From NCBI RefSeq assembly GCF_004010195.1, contig NC_057719.1, positions 84,520,239 through 84,582,548 of the forward strand: a DNA stretch of 62,310 bases, given 5' to 3'. The translations under genes and the position numbers were made by a program. The stretch comes from Chiloscyllium plagiosum (Eukaryota). Below, one piece after another: positions 51,581-62,310 of the stretch (position 1 is the stretch's first letter; the number at the start of each line of letters is the position of its first letter). Below the pieces are notes generated by a model. It was given only the letters and a program-made list of their open reading frames with translations, was not told the DNA's origin and searched no databases.

Positions 51581-51660
51581 CATGTTTCACCAGGACTTGT
51601 ATAACTTTTTAAACCAAAACAAAACCCTTACAGTGGTGACAAAGACTTGGTCAGATTTAC

Positions 51661-51775
51661 CAGGATCAATCAGGTTATTTTCCAGTACAGTTGTGCAGTT
51701 CTGAAGCCTCTTGATTAGTGTTTCCTTCTCAGATTGCAAACTCTTTGTCCTTGCCGTTAACTCCTCTGTTTGGTC
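51661..51775 (-). CDS. KNSTRN: KNSTRN-like exon 5
   Basis: On -: ttactag| DQTEELTARTKSLQSEKETLIKRLQNCTTVLENNLIDP(V) |gtaaat, cf. human DNCLAILESKGLDP. Confidence 0.82.
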
Positions 51776-52791
51776 CTAGTAACAAAATGTGGGATAATAG
51801 TTGAAATAGTACAGGTAATAAGAGCCGTGATACGTTAGTCTTTTTTAAAATCCACGTGACCAAAAAGAACTTAACCAAACTACAGTATTCACATTAATAT
51901 AGCAGGTGCTAGGTTTTTTTTTTAAAAAAATCTGGGATTAGATTGGGCATGGCTGAATAGGCCAGCATCTATTGCCCTACCTAATTGTCCTTGAGAATGT
52001 GGTAGTGAGCTGCCTTCTTAAACTGCTACAATCCAGTTGGTGCAGGTACACCATAGTATAGTTAGGGAGGTGATTCGATGACTTTGATCAGTGACACTTA
52101 AGGTACAGCAATATATTTCCACATCAGGATGGTCAGTAACTTGAGGGGGAAATTGCAGGTACTGGTGTTCCCATGTCTGATACCAATGTTCCTCTAGATG
52201 GTAGTGGTCATGGATGTGGAAGTAGCTGTCCAAACAGCCCTGGTAAATTTCTACAGTACATTTGTAGATGGTAAACAATGCTGCTAGTGAGTGTCAGTGA
52301 TAGAGAGAATGAGCCTTTATGGATATGTTGCCAATCAAGAGGACTGGTTTGTTCTGGATAGTGTCAAATCTAAAATAGAAACAGAAAATGCTAGAGTAGC
52401 AGCATTTGTGGAGAGAAATAAAGAAGTTCTCAGAACTCGTCAACATTAGAAGTTTAACAGATTAAGAACAAACAGAAACAGGATGATGGGAGGAGAGAAC
52501 AAAAAAAAAAGGGGCCAGTCTGGAACAAGGTAGAAAGCAGGAATACTGCTGAGTATTTCAGCATTTTGTTTTTATTTGACAGGATCTCAAATCAAGAACA
52601 TTCCAATAGAAGTACAGTTTTCAACTAAGAAAATTCCTTACTATTATATTTTTGTCACATTTTGACAAGAATTCCTGTAACTCCAAAATTTGATACCTAA
52701 TTAAATTGTTTCTATGCCTGCCATAGCACAGAAATCACCATTTGTCACACAGTAACACCCTATATGTTATGTGCTGTCCTTTCTCAACCGC

Positions 52792-52844
52792 TTGGTTAAG
52801 AATAAGAAGGAAGCAACATATGCTTCCTTCTTATTCTTAACCAA
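52792..52844. repeat. Perfect 24-bp inverted repeat with a 5-nt loop
   Basis: ttggttaagaataagaaggaagca-acata-tgcttccttcttattcttaaccaa. Confidence 0.95.
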
Positions 52845-53290
52845 AAACTCAATTTCAGGAGTCATCCAGCATTTCCTATACCTACTAGCCTTGCTCCAAC
52901 AGGAACACACTGTCTTTAGACTCTGATCTCATTTTTGAAGGCTTCCTATTTTCCAGCCATCCCTTTATCTGCCAACATCTGACCACCCCCAATCAACTTT
53001 TGAAAGTTCTTGCCAAATACCATCAAAATTGGCCTTCCTCCAATTTAATACGCTAATTTTAGATCCAGTCTATCCTTTTCCATCACTATTTTAAAATTAA
53101 TAGAATTATGGCTCCAAAGTGCTTCCCCACTGACACCTGCACTGCCTCATTTTCTAAGAGTAGGTAACGTTTGGCTCCTTCTCTCTTAGGTACGTTCACA
53201 TATTGAATCAGAAACATTTTGTACACACAAATTCCTCTCCATCTAAGCTCTTAACACTATGGCAGTCCCAGTCTACATTTGGGAGATTAT
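52816..53290 (-). mobile_element. CR1 endonuclease-region fragment
   Basis: Homologous to 31227-31695 (acatatgcttcc..., caatcaacttttgaaagttctt...). Confidence 0.75.
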
Positions 53291-53529
53291 TTACTACAAA
53301 ATACCTGGTGATATAAAGTATAAATGGTAAATACTTGTTTGAATAACAGCTTTGATGAGCAAAGAACTAGAAAAGACCTCAGAACTAGTTAGGGTTAGTT
53401 ATATGATCACTTTGTCATTGTTAAGTAATCAAACCTAAAACATCATATTCAAGAAAAATGGAACAAATTCCTTCACAAATTCAGGATACTTTTCACAAAG
53501 GCTTCAGAATTAGGCTGGCAGTAAATCTA

Positions 53530-53657
53530 GGAGAAAGTGAGGACTGCAGATGCTGGAGACCAGAGTTGAAAAATGTGGTGCTGGAAAAACACAGCAGGCA
53601 GGCAGCATCTGAGGAGCAGGAGAATTGACGTTTCGAGCATAAGCCCTTCTTCAGGAA
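53530..53657 (-). mobile_element. 128-bp hammerhead-bearing family-A element with a 14-bp TSD
   Basis: TSD tggcagtaaatcta at 53516-53529 and 53658-53671. The - strand begins ttc-ctgaaga-a-gggc-ttat-gctc-gaaac-gtc. Confidence 0.9.
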
Positions 53658-53693
53658 TGGCAGTAAATCTACTCAGCCAGAACAGAATCTTGC

Positions 53694-53793
53694 CTTTGCC
53701 ATCTTCAGTTCCTGCTTTAACTGCTGCTGGGCAACTTCCAAGAGTTGATTTTGGTCTCTAAGCTCTGTTTCAACCACTCTCAGTGCCATGTAC
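53694..53793 (-). CDS. KNSTRN: KNSTRN-like exon 4 (GC splice donor)
   Basis: On -: tttcttcag| YMALRVVETELRDQNQLLEVAQQQLKQELKMAK |gcaaga, cf. human ELKDKNQLLEAVNKQLHQKL. Confidence 0.8.
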
Positions 53794-54292
53794 CTGAAGA
53801 AATAAAATGATCATGAGGATTGAAAGAAATCTCAACATACATCACGAGAGATCTCAAAAGCCAAGGAATAAAGTCACCTGCTCCATATTAGCATAGTTCT
53901 CTTTTACAACTTTTACATACATTTACAATGACTCTAGATACTTTTAGTTATACAAATTGTTTTGTATAGTTGCACTCAACTGGGGGCCTGCTTGGTGTCT
54001 CAGATGGATGCAAGAGATTTTGAGGCATTATTTCAGAGAAGAGAGGAGCCATTCCCAGTCACCTGGCCAATACCAAAATCATCCAAAATTCACACATTAA
54101 AAGCACAAAGCTTCTCATCATACCTATAGGTGTTGGAAGAGGCTAACTAGGATCAGTTACACTCTCAGGGGCACTACAAACTTTTAACCCAAATTACCGT
54201 GTAACAACATTTTTTAAAAGATTTGAGTATGCCAACCAATCAGTGCATTAAGTGCACTCAATTCAAATGCATCACAGCCAAATTTCACTCAC

Positions 54293-54340
54293 TTTTCCAT
54301 ATCAGCACGAGTCATCCTTGATAGAGGGGGTATTTTCTTT
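54293..54340 (-). CDS. KNSTRN: KNSTRN-like exon 3
   Basis: On -: tctttttcag| (R)KKIPPLSRMTRADME(K) |gtgagt. 48 bp, phase 2-2, strong splice sites. Confidence 0.72.
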
Positions 54341-55688
54341 CTGAAAAAGAAAATATATTAAAATCTAATTCAAGTTATATTTATTATGCACTAAAGTAAG
54401 AACATGCGTTTTAGTCAGAAGAATTTACGTCTGGAACAACTGTGAAAGAGACAAATATACTGTCAAATATCAGTATGTCAATTTCAAACCTACTAAAATT
54501 TATCCAATTCATAACAATGCCAGCATTCGTGAGCAAAAAACAAAAAGGGTTGCCAATGTTATCATGGCAATATCAGATTTCAAAATTAGTTGACACCACC
54601 AGGACCAAGCAAGCAATGTATACTGCATGAATAATACACAATTATAGGTATCTGTGACTATGGAATTATTTCAAAATAAATTTTATAATAAAAATGTTTC
54701 AGCATGGTAAGAAATTAGTAGAATTGCATCCACATTAGAAGTCTTACTTTTGATGCTGTAACAAAGGCATGTGAGGAATTAATTTTGCTCCTATGTTTAA
54801 AAACATGACCTTTGAAGACTGTACTGTCAACAGTCTGATCAAGGTTAAACACACGAATATACAGTATATAGATCGGAGCTTTCTCATTTCATGAACGATT
54901 CAAGATTGTTTGTTGTAAGATTATATGATGATTGGCAAAACTATTAACAATAACACAAGGAAAAGCTTATGACTACACCAAGCTGTCAGAGATATTCATC
55001 AATTTGTAGTGAAGCCTGTAATCTAACTTCAAAAATGACTTCTGCAATACCTTCCCCAAATGCGAGAGAGAAATAATGGTCTTGTTTCTCAGGTTGAAAT
55101 ATTAATTTGTTATTCTTTTGTCAAAATTAAATGCAGAGTTCATAGCGCTACATTTTACAACTCAATAGTACTAAGACCGGAGATTTTGGACGTCTCAGAC
55201 TGTTCACTGAACTCGGAGACTGTTGCCTTCATGATAACAACTTACTCCATCACCTCAGTACAAACTTCTAGATTTCCACTGATACTTAAGTACCCAGGGC
55301 TTGTTGTCAAGTAAGTGGTTTCACAATAGAATGCCAACTTTTAAAACTTTCACAAAATTAGTGAATGAGAAATTGTAAAAGGAATTAAATAAATACATTT
55401 TCTCCAGTTAAAGAAAGAGCAGTTATGCATGTAAAGGTACAACTTCCCCTTCTAGGTTGAGAATATCTAAGAAAAAGGCAGCTAGTATAAATGAGGGGTC
55501 ATTGCAAGGGAATGGAGACAGTCAGAAAAGCAGAACGTATCCTGTTTATGTAATCCCAATTAGCCCAAAAGGCATCAATTCGTTACATCTCAGTTAATGC
55601 ACCAAGTTGAAATGTGGACTTGGTTACTGGGTGTATTCACAGATTATTAATTTACACTTTTGAGTTCAGATTAGAGAGTAAATTGTAC

Positions 55689-55839
55689 CTTTTATTTAAC
55701 GTCTGTTTACTTGGCTGTGCTGTTGCCTCAAACAGGACAGCACTAGACTTTTTCTCTGAAAAATTAAATGTCCGAGGTAAATCTTTCTCAAATTCTGGGA
55801 GCACAGGGAGCTTTCTCAAAGATGGCCGTGAGACTTTAT
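55689..55839 (-). CDS. KNSTRN: KNSTRN-like exon 2
   Basis: On -: ttctcaatttag| (D)KVSRPSLRKLPVLPEFEKDLPRTFNFSEKKSSAVLFEATAQPSKQTLNK(R) |gtacaa. Phases fit both sides. Confidence 0.7.
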
Positions 55840-56456
55840 CTAAATTGAGAAAGAAATGGTGAATTGAATAAACATGGAAATTTCTCAATTATTGCTGATA
55901 TTAACAACTCAACAATAAATTTCTTTTGAAGCTAGTGTCCTGACAAATGAATCTCTTAATACCCTCAAGTTCAGAACAGTTATTACCCTGGGCTTGAAAC
56001 TAGTTTCTCTCTACACAGATGCCTTCCAGACCTGCTGAGTTTCTTCAGCATGCTCTGCTTGGTTTCATATTTCCAGCATCTGGAGTATTTTATTTTTGTT
56101 TGAGCACTTAGCCCCATTTGGTGTATAACCTAACCAACTTCTTGATCACTGCGCCAGCTGAGCTGCATCAACTTCTGATCCACCAACACTTGCTGATCAA
56201 ACCCCCACCATGGTCTTGCACCTCTCCATCTTCTGACTTCCTCTAATACTAAAACCAGCCAAAATTGTGTTCTTTTGTTGCACCACTGACAACCATACTT
56301 TCATGCAGCCACATCTTTGGCCTTGGAACTTTGAATCTCCCCACTTTATGAAAATGCATTAGTGAAACTATCTACAGTATGCAGCATAAAATGCCATACC
56401 CAATCTTAGAACCTAGCTGAGGTGAGGGTTGGGGACACACCTACCAAGAAATCAAC

Positions 56457-56686
56457 TAGGAGAAAGTGAGATTGCAGACGCTGGACATCAGAGTCAACAG
56501 CATGGTGCTGGAAAAGCACAGTGGGTCAGGCAGCATCCGAGCAGGAGAATTGACATTTTGGGCATAAGCCCTTCATCAAGAATAGGAGCCCTCATTCCTG
56601 ATGAAGGGCTTATGCCTGAAACGTCGATTCGCCTACTCCTCAGATGCTGCCTGACCTGCTGTGCTTTTCCAGCACCACACACTCGA
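56457..56686. mobile_element. Palindromic family-A PLE element with back-to-back hammerhead motifs
   Basis: Arms at about 56504-56583 and 56594-56678. Diverged TSD-like cctaccaagaaatcaa (56440-56455) and cctatgaagaaatgaa (56687-56702). Confidence 0.85.
56598..56625 (+). ncRNA. Minimal hammerhead ribozyme motif with a canonical core and GUC triplet
   Basis: CUGAUGA-A-GGGC(UUAU)GCCU-GAAAC-GUC. Short helix I pairing auuc/gauu. Confidence 0.75.
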
Positions 56687-56714
56687 CCTATGAAGAAATG
56701 AATGAATTTTTAAA

Positions 56715-57535
56715 AATTCACCCGTGGGATGGGGCATCTTTAGTAATCAATTCCCAGTTACCCTCAACAAGCTGGTGGTGAGCTGCATTTGTGTGCTATA
56801 GATAGGCTGACAATGCTGGAGGGAATTCCAGGATCTTGACCAAGCAATGATGAAGTCAGGATAATGAGTGGCTTGGAGGGGAAATTGCAGGAGGTAGGTG
56901 GTCCCAGGTATCTGTTGCCATTGTCCTTCTCGATGGAAGTGGTCATAGGTTTGGAAGGTGCTGTATAAGGACCTTTAGCAAATTTCTGCAGTGCATCTTG
57001 TAGATACTGAGCGTCAGTGGTGGAGTAACTGAATATTTATAAATAATCAAGCAGGTTACTTCGCCCGAATGGTGTCAAGCTGGAATGTTGTAGAGGCCAG
57101 TGGACAATATTCTATTACATTCCTAACTTGTGCCTTGTAGATGGTGGATAGGGTTTGGGACTTTAGGTGGCGAGTTACTCATTGCATTATTCCAAGCCTC
57201 TGTCTTTCAGCCACATAGTCCAGTTCAGTTTCAAGTCAAATAACAACGCCTAGGATAGTTGGGGTTTCAATGATAAATCATTGAATGTCTCTCATTGGCA
57301 GTGGTTATTGCCTGGCATTTGTGTGGCATGAATACTACTTGCTACTTTTCAGCCCAAGCCTGGGTATTGTCCAGGTGTTGGTACATTTGGATATGGCTTC
57401 CCTCAGTATCTGAGGAGTTGTGTAAGGTGCTGAACCTTGTGCAGTCATCAGCAGACATTCTTACTTGTGATCTGACGATAGAGGGAAAGTCACTGATGAA
57501 GTAGCTGAAGATGGTTGGACCCGGGACACTGAATT
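56715..57535 (-). mobile_element. Old L2/CR1-type LINE fragment
   Basis: GPTIFSYFISDFPS...MSADDCT...LDNTQAWAEK on the - strand. Confidence 0.7.
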
Positions 57536-57666
57536 GATTGAAGATAGTGGGTTGCATGTAGAAATGTGCATCATGTAAGCTGCTGATTCATATTCAATCA
57601 AAATATGCCACTGACTTTGAACTTCACCTTACTAAACAAAAGACAAACAAAAAAAATTGAGTTTAC

Positions 57667-57760
57667 CTGTTCTGAGCATCTTGGCAGTCGGGGCCTCCAT
57701 TGGAGGCATGGCATTTTGTGGGTGTCTCGGACGGTAAACAGGTAATTTGGACCGCTGCAT
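57667..57760 (-). CDS. KNSTRN: KNSTRN-like first coding exon (ATG at 57760)
   Basis: On -: ctgaag|ag ATG, MQRSKLPVYRPRHPQNAMPPMEAPTAKMLRT(D) |gtaaac. Contains the SxIP-type motif SKLP. The eight exons join into an 819-nt uninterrupted ORF. Confidence 0.7.
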
Positions 57761-58902
57761 CTCTTCAGACAGACAATATTGAAGAAATATAACATTGTGA
57801 AGGAAGACAGTAGACAGAATAAAGACCAAAACAATTTAGTTGCATATTCACTTCTAGTTTTAAACTCAATTACCGGTTGCTGGTATTTCATCAGACTTCT
57901 GTCTTATGAATTAGAGATTGGATCAGGCATAAGGGAGAAAAGTGGTGAATTACTTGAGAATCCCTAACTTCTGACCTTTCTTGTAGCCACCGTATTTAGA
58001 TGGCTGATCCAGTTCAGTTCCTGGTCAGGTAACCCTCATAGTTCCATTCGCAAATAAGAATAAAGAGAAGAGAAGATCCAGCAACATAGTGCTATTGACT
58101 GTCAAGTGGAGATGGTAGTAATCTCTAATTTTAATTGATTATTGCCTGGCACGTCTATTGACTTATCAGACCAAGCTTGGATGTTGGCCAGATCTTGCTG
58201 CACGTGACATGCAGTGCTTTAGGGGCTCAAGTGGTGACAAATGGTGCTGAATGTTGTGCAGTTGTCACAGAGAATTCCCACTTCTGACTACATGATGAAT
58301 GAAAGGTCATTAATGAAACAACTGAAGATGAGTGGGCCTAGGACAGTAACCTGAAAAACCTAAGGATGCTTTGTGCCACAGCAGTAGCATCTCTACCTCT
58401 GTACCACAAGGTCCAGGCATTCATCCAATGTGTTCCAAAAGTATGTTATTACATTTCTGAACAGGCTGATGAAAAAAAAAAACTATTTTGAAGAATTCCT
58501 GTCACAATAGTCTGGAATTGAGATGATTGACCTCCAACAAACACAGTTCATCTTCCTTTTTATTGGACACAAATCCAACCAGCAAAACTATCCCTCTGAC
58601 ACCTCTCCACCAATTTCCATTGCCTCCAGTTTCGTTACGGCTTACTGTGGGGCTTTTGGGGAATAATAGTTGTGTGCCAACCCCCTGGGCCAGGAAATCT
58701 GGGTTGACGTTTCACCTGCTCCAGAGTTAAATAAGAACATCTCTGAACAGGTCAATTAGAGAACATCTGTTTTAAGGACTTTGTGATGCCTCCTGCTGTC
58801 CATCAAACACTGGTTTGATGCCAAACGCAATAGCTCACTGATGGTGTTCAACTGGGAAAATACAGATTCAGATATTTGGGGGAGGGGCAGGTGACATGAC
58901 AG

Positions 58903-60035
58903 TAGAGTCATAGAGATATACAGCATGGAAACAGACCATTCGGTCTAATCCATCCATGCCGACCAGATATTCCAACCCAATCTAGTTCCACCTGCCAGCA
59001 CCTGGCCCATATCCCTCCAAACCTTTCCTATTCATATACCCATGCAAATGTCTTTTAAATGATGCAATTGTACTCCACCACTTCCTCTGGCAGCTCATTC
59101 CATACACATACCACCCTCTGCGTGAAAAAGTTGCCCCTGAGGTCTCTTTTTTTTTTATCTTTCCCCTCTCAACCTAAACCTATGCCCTCTAGTTCTGGAC
59201 TCCCCCACCCCAGGGAAAAGACTTTGTCTATTTATCCTATCCATGCCCCTCATAATTTTGTAAACCTCTAAGGTCACCCCTCAGACTCAGACGCTCCAAG
59301 GAAAGCAGTCCCAGCCTGTTCAGCCTCTCCCTATAGCTCAAATCCTCCAACCCTGGCAACATCCTTGTAAATCTTTTCTGAACCTTTTCAAGTTTCACAA
59401 CATCTTTCCGATAGGAAGGAGACCAGAATTGCATACAATACTCCAACAGTGGCCTAACCAATGTCCTGTACAGCCGCAACATGACCTCCCAACTCCTGTA
59501 CTCAATACTCTGGTATGCTTTCTTTTATTTATCAAACACCTTCTTCACTATTCTACCTACCTGCGACGCTACTTTTAAGGAGCTATGAACCTGCAAGGTC
59601 TCTTTGTTCAGCAACACTCCCTAGAACTTTAAGTGTATAAGTCCTGCTAAGATTTGCTTTCCCAAAATGCAGCACCTCGCATTTATCCAAGTTAATCTCC
59701 ACCTGTCACTTCTTGGCTCATTGGCCAATCTGATCAAGATCCTGTTGTAATCTGAGGTAACCTTCTTCGCTGTCCACTACACCTCCAATTTTGATGTCAT
59801 CTGCAAACTTACTAACTGTACCTCTTAAGCTTGCATCCAAATCATTTATGTAAATGACAAAAAGTAGAGGACCCAGCACTGATCCTTGTGGCACTCCACT
59901 GGTCACAGGCCTCCAGTCTGAAAAACAACCCTCCACCACCAGCCTCTGTCTTCTGCCTTTGAGCCAGTTCTCTATCCAAATGGAAAGTTCTCCCTTTATT
60001 CCGTGAGACTTAACTTTGATAACCAGTCTCCCATG
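58903..60035 (-). mobile_element. CR1 RT to 3' end
   Basis: [30 protein letters not shown]; (ctatgact) tail. Confidence 0.92.
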
Positions 60036-60171
60036 TGCATGTAATCTTCAGGAAGTTTCGCTGACCATCTTGGACCTGATGCTGTCAAAGAAAGCAGTTT
60101 GTCACAGTTTCATGGCCAACAGATCCACTTATGCAGAATTGCTAAACTCCTTCTTTAAAAAGAATGACATT

Positions 60172-60797
60172 GGCAAAAAGGGGACATGAAATTGCATTTG
60201 ACAAATACGGTTAAGGAGAATCCAAAGGGTTCTTATAAATATGTTAAGGACAAAAAGTTAATAGGGAGAGAATTGGGCCCCTAAAAGATCAGCAAGGCAG
60301 CCTTTGTGTGGAGCTGCAGAAGATGGGGGAGATACGGAACAAGTATTTTGCATCAGTGTTTACTGTGGAGAAAGACAAGGAAGATATAAAATGTGGGGAA
60401 ATAGATGGTGACATCTTGGAAAATGTCCATATTACAGAGGTGGTGGTGCTGAATGTCTTGAAATGGATAAATCCCCAGGACCTGATCAGGTGTACCCCGG
60501 AACTCTGTGGGAAGCCAGGGAAGCGATTGCAGGCCCCTTGCTGAGATATTTGCATCATTGATAGTCACAGTTGTGGTGCCGGAAGATTGAATGTCGGCGA
60601 AAGTGGTGCCACTATTTCAGAAAGGTAGTAAGGAAAAGCTAAGGAACTATAGACCAGTGATCCTAACATTGGTGGTGGCCAAGTTGTTATCCTAAGGGAC
60701 TGGATTTACATATATAAGGACTGACTATGGATAGCTGCATGGCTTTGCGCATGGGAAATCATGTCTCACTAACTTAATTGAGTTTTTTGAAGAAGTA
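60172..60797 (+). mobile_element. CR1 ORF2 mid-region fragment
   Basis: KENPKG.YKYVK.K, NKYFASVFTVE, NYRPV, HGKSCLTNLIEFFEEV. Confidence 0.88.
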
Positions 60798-60799
60798 GA

Positions 60800-62310
60800 A
60801 GGATTCTGGGTAATCCAAGACAGAGGATGGGAAAACTTTTTTGGCTGTAAGAGCTGCTCCTTTTTTTTTGAGGTATTTTAGGTGCTGGAGGCGATTCCCT
60901 CGAATTCCAGAAGCAGCAATTACTGTTTTATATGCTTTTGCATTGTTTTGGAACTTTGGAAAAAAAAAGTCAAAACACAGCAGTTTTAAAAGGGAGAAGA
61001 ACACACAAAGGAAGCACATGGTGAGGACAGAGAGAGAGAGAGAGAGAGAGCTTTGCTGTTTTTGAATTCATGTGCCACTGGACATCGGAGTGCATCTGGG
61101 AAAATTAACAAACAGTGAATTTCACAACCAATCTTGGAGGAACCGGTTTGGGCGAAGTTCACAACACAGAATCAGATAAGTTAATTGTTGTTTTAAGTCT
61201 GTCCAAGAGAAAGGCTGCATTAGTGAGTACAGTAGGTTCTTTTTTGATTATATGTTTTTAGAGATAAGGCTCTTGATTAAACTTAAAATATGCGCCATAG
61301 CTATTAATTTAACCTGGTGCAGTATTTTGTAGAGGAATAAGACAATGTTATTTTCTGGGTCCGTAGATTATGAAGGTGCAAAAATGGCCTTTAATAGAGC
61401 GATATGTACCTCTTGTCAGATGTGAGAGTTTAAACAGAGTTTAAGGGTTACTGCGGATTATATCTGCCATAAATGCTGTTGGATGAGAATCTTATCAGAT
61501 CGAGTGGATCGGTTGGAGAGACAGATAGAAGCGATGAGGAATTTGCAACAACAACAGTATGTGATGGATGGCAATTATAGGAAGGTGGAAAAGTCTTAGG
61601 TACAGTCACATAGATGGGTTAACTCCAGGAAGGGTAAGAGTGGTAGGCACCTAGGGCAGGAGTCTTTTGTGGATATACCCATTTCAAACAGGTATGCTGT
61701 TTTGGAAAATGTAGGGGGTGATGGATTCTCAGGGGAACGTAGCACGAAAAGCTAAGTTTCTGGTATTGAGTCTGGCTCTAATGCAATGAGGGGTATGTCG
61801 GCTTCCAAGAGATCAATTGTGTTAGGGGATTCTGTAGTCCGAGGTAAGGACAGAAGTTTTCTGTGGCCAGCAGAGAAAAAGCAGAATGGTGTGTTGTTTC
61901 CCTGGTGCCAGGAACAAGGATGTCTCAGAGAGGTTGCAGAATGTTCTCATGGGGGAGAGCGGCCAGCAAGAGGTCATTGTCCACTTGGAACCAACGATAT
62001 TGGAAGGAAGATTACAGAGAGTTAGGCAGAAATTTATAAAGGAGGTCCTCAAGGGTAGTAATATCTAGATTACTCCCAGTGCTACGTGCGAGTGAGGGCA
62101 GGAATAGGAGGACAGAGAAGATGAATTCATGGCTGAGGAGCTGGTGTGTGGGAGAAGGATTCACATTTTTGGATCATTGGAATCTCTTTTGGGGTAGAAG
62201 TGACCTGTACAAGAAGGACGGATTGCACCTAAATTGGAAGGGGACTAATATACTGGCAGGGAAATTTGCTAGAACTGCTTGGGAGGATTTAAACTAGTAA
62301 GGTGGGGGGG
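60800..62310 (+). mobile_element. 5' end of a CR1 LINE: 5' UTR with (GA)n and a decayed ORF1 (zinc finger/coiled coil and SGNH esterase); continues past the window
   Basis: ATG at about 61384, CTSCQM...DYICHKC, then IVLGDS, CFPGA, GTNDIG, LYKKDGLHLN. Internal stops and frameshifts. Confidence 0.85.

Noticed and set aside
21091..56702. CRISPR-like or array interpretation of the recurring short repeats
   Set aside because: The copies are dispersed, in both orientations, and TSD-flanked; there is no repeat-spacer array or cas gene, and the context is eukaryotic.
61786..62297. Host SGNH esterase gene
   Set aside because: It is frameshifted, intronless and preceded by the zinc-finger region, so it is CR1 ORF1.

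Overview
Eukaryotic genomic DNA, most likely from a shark or other elasmobranch: HE1-type V-SINEs and their CR1-clade partner LINEs dominate the repeats. It contains two convergent spliced genes. The last nine coding exons of DRC7/CCDC135 lie on + (3438-42160). A complete 8-exon, 272-aa ORF for a KNSTRN/SKAP-like kinetochore coiled-coil protein lies on - (57760-43108), and it needs one GC-AG intron. The introns are filled with nested CR1 LINEs, a Rex1/Babar LINE, a young Tx1/L1 3' end, a Tigger/pogo DNA transposon and HE1 SINEs. The most striking signal is a large population of Penelope-like elements (PLEs) from at least four families, each carrying a minimal hammerhead-ribozyme core (CUGANGA-stem II-GAAA followed by a palindromic ACGU/AGCU helix III). 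Several copies are ORF-less 94-240 bp units with 14-15 bp target-site duplications (TSDs), and some are back-to-back inverted dimers. In three of them the 5' end falls 2-6 nt upstream of the CUGA core. Most ORFs in the supplied track are repeat-derived or spurious. Human protein comparisons are from memory, not from a search.
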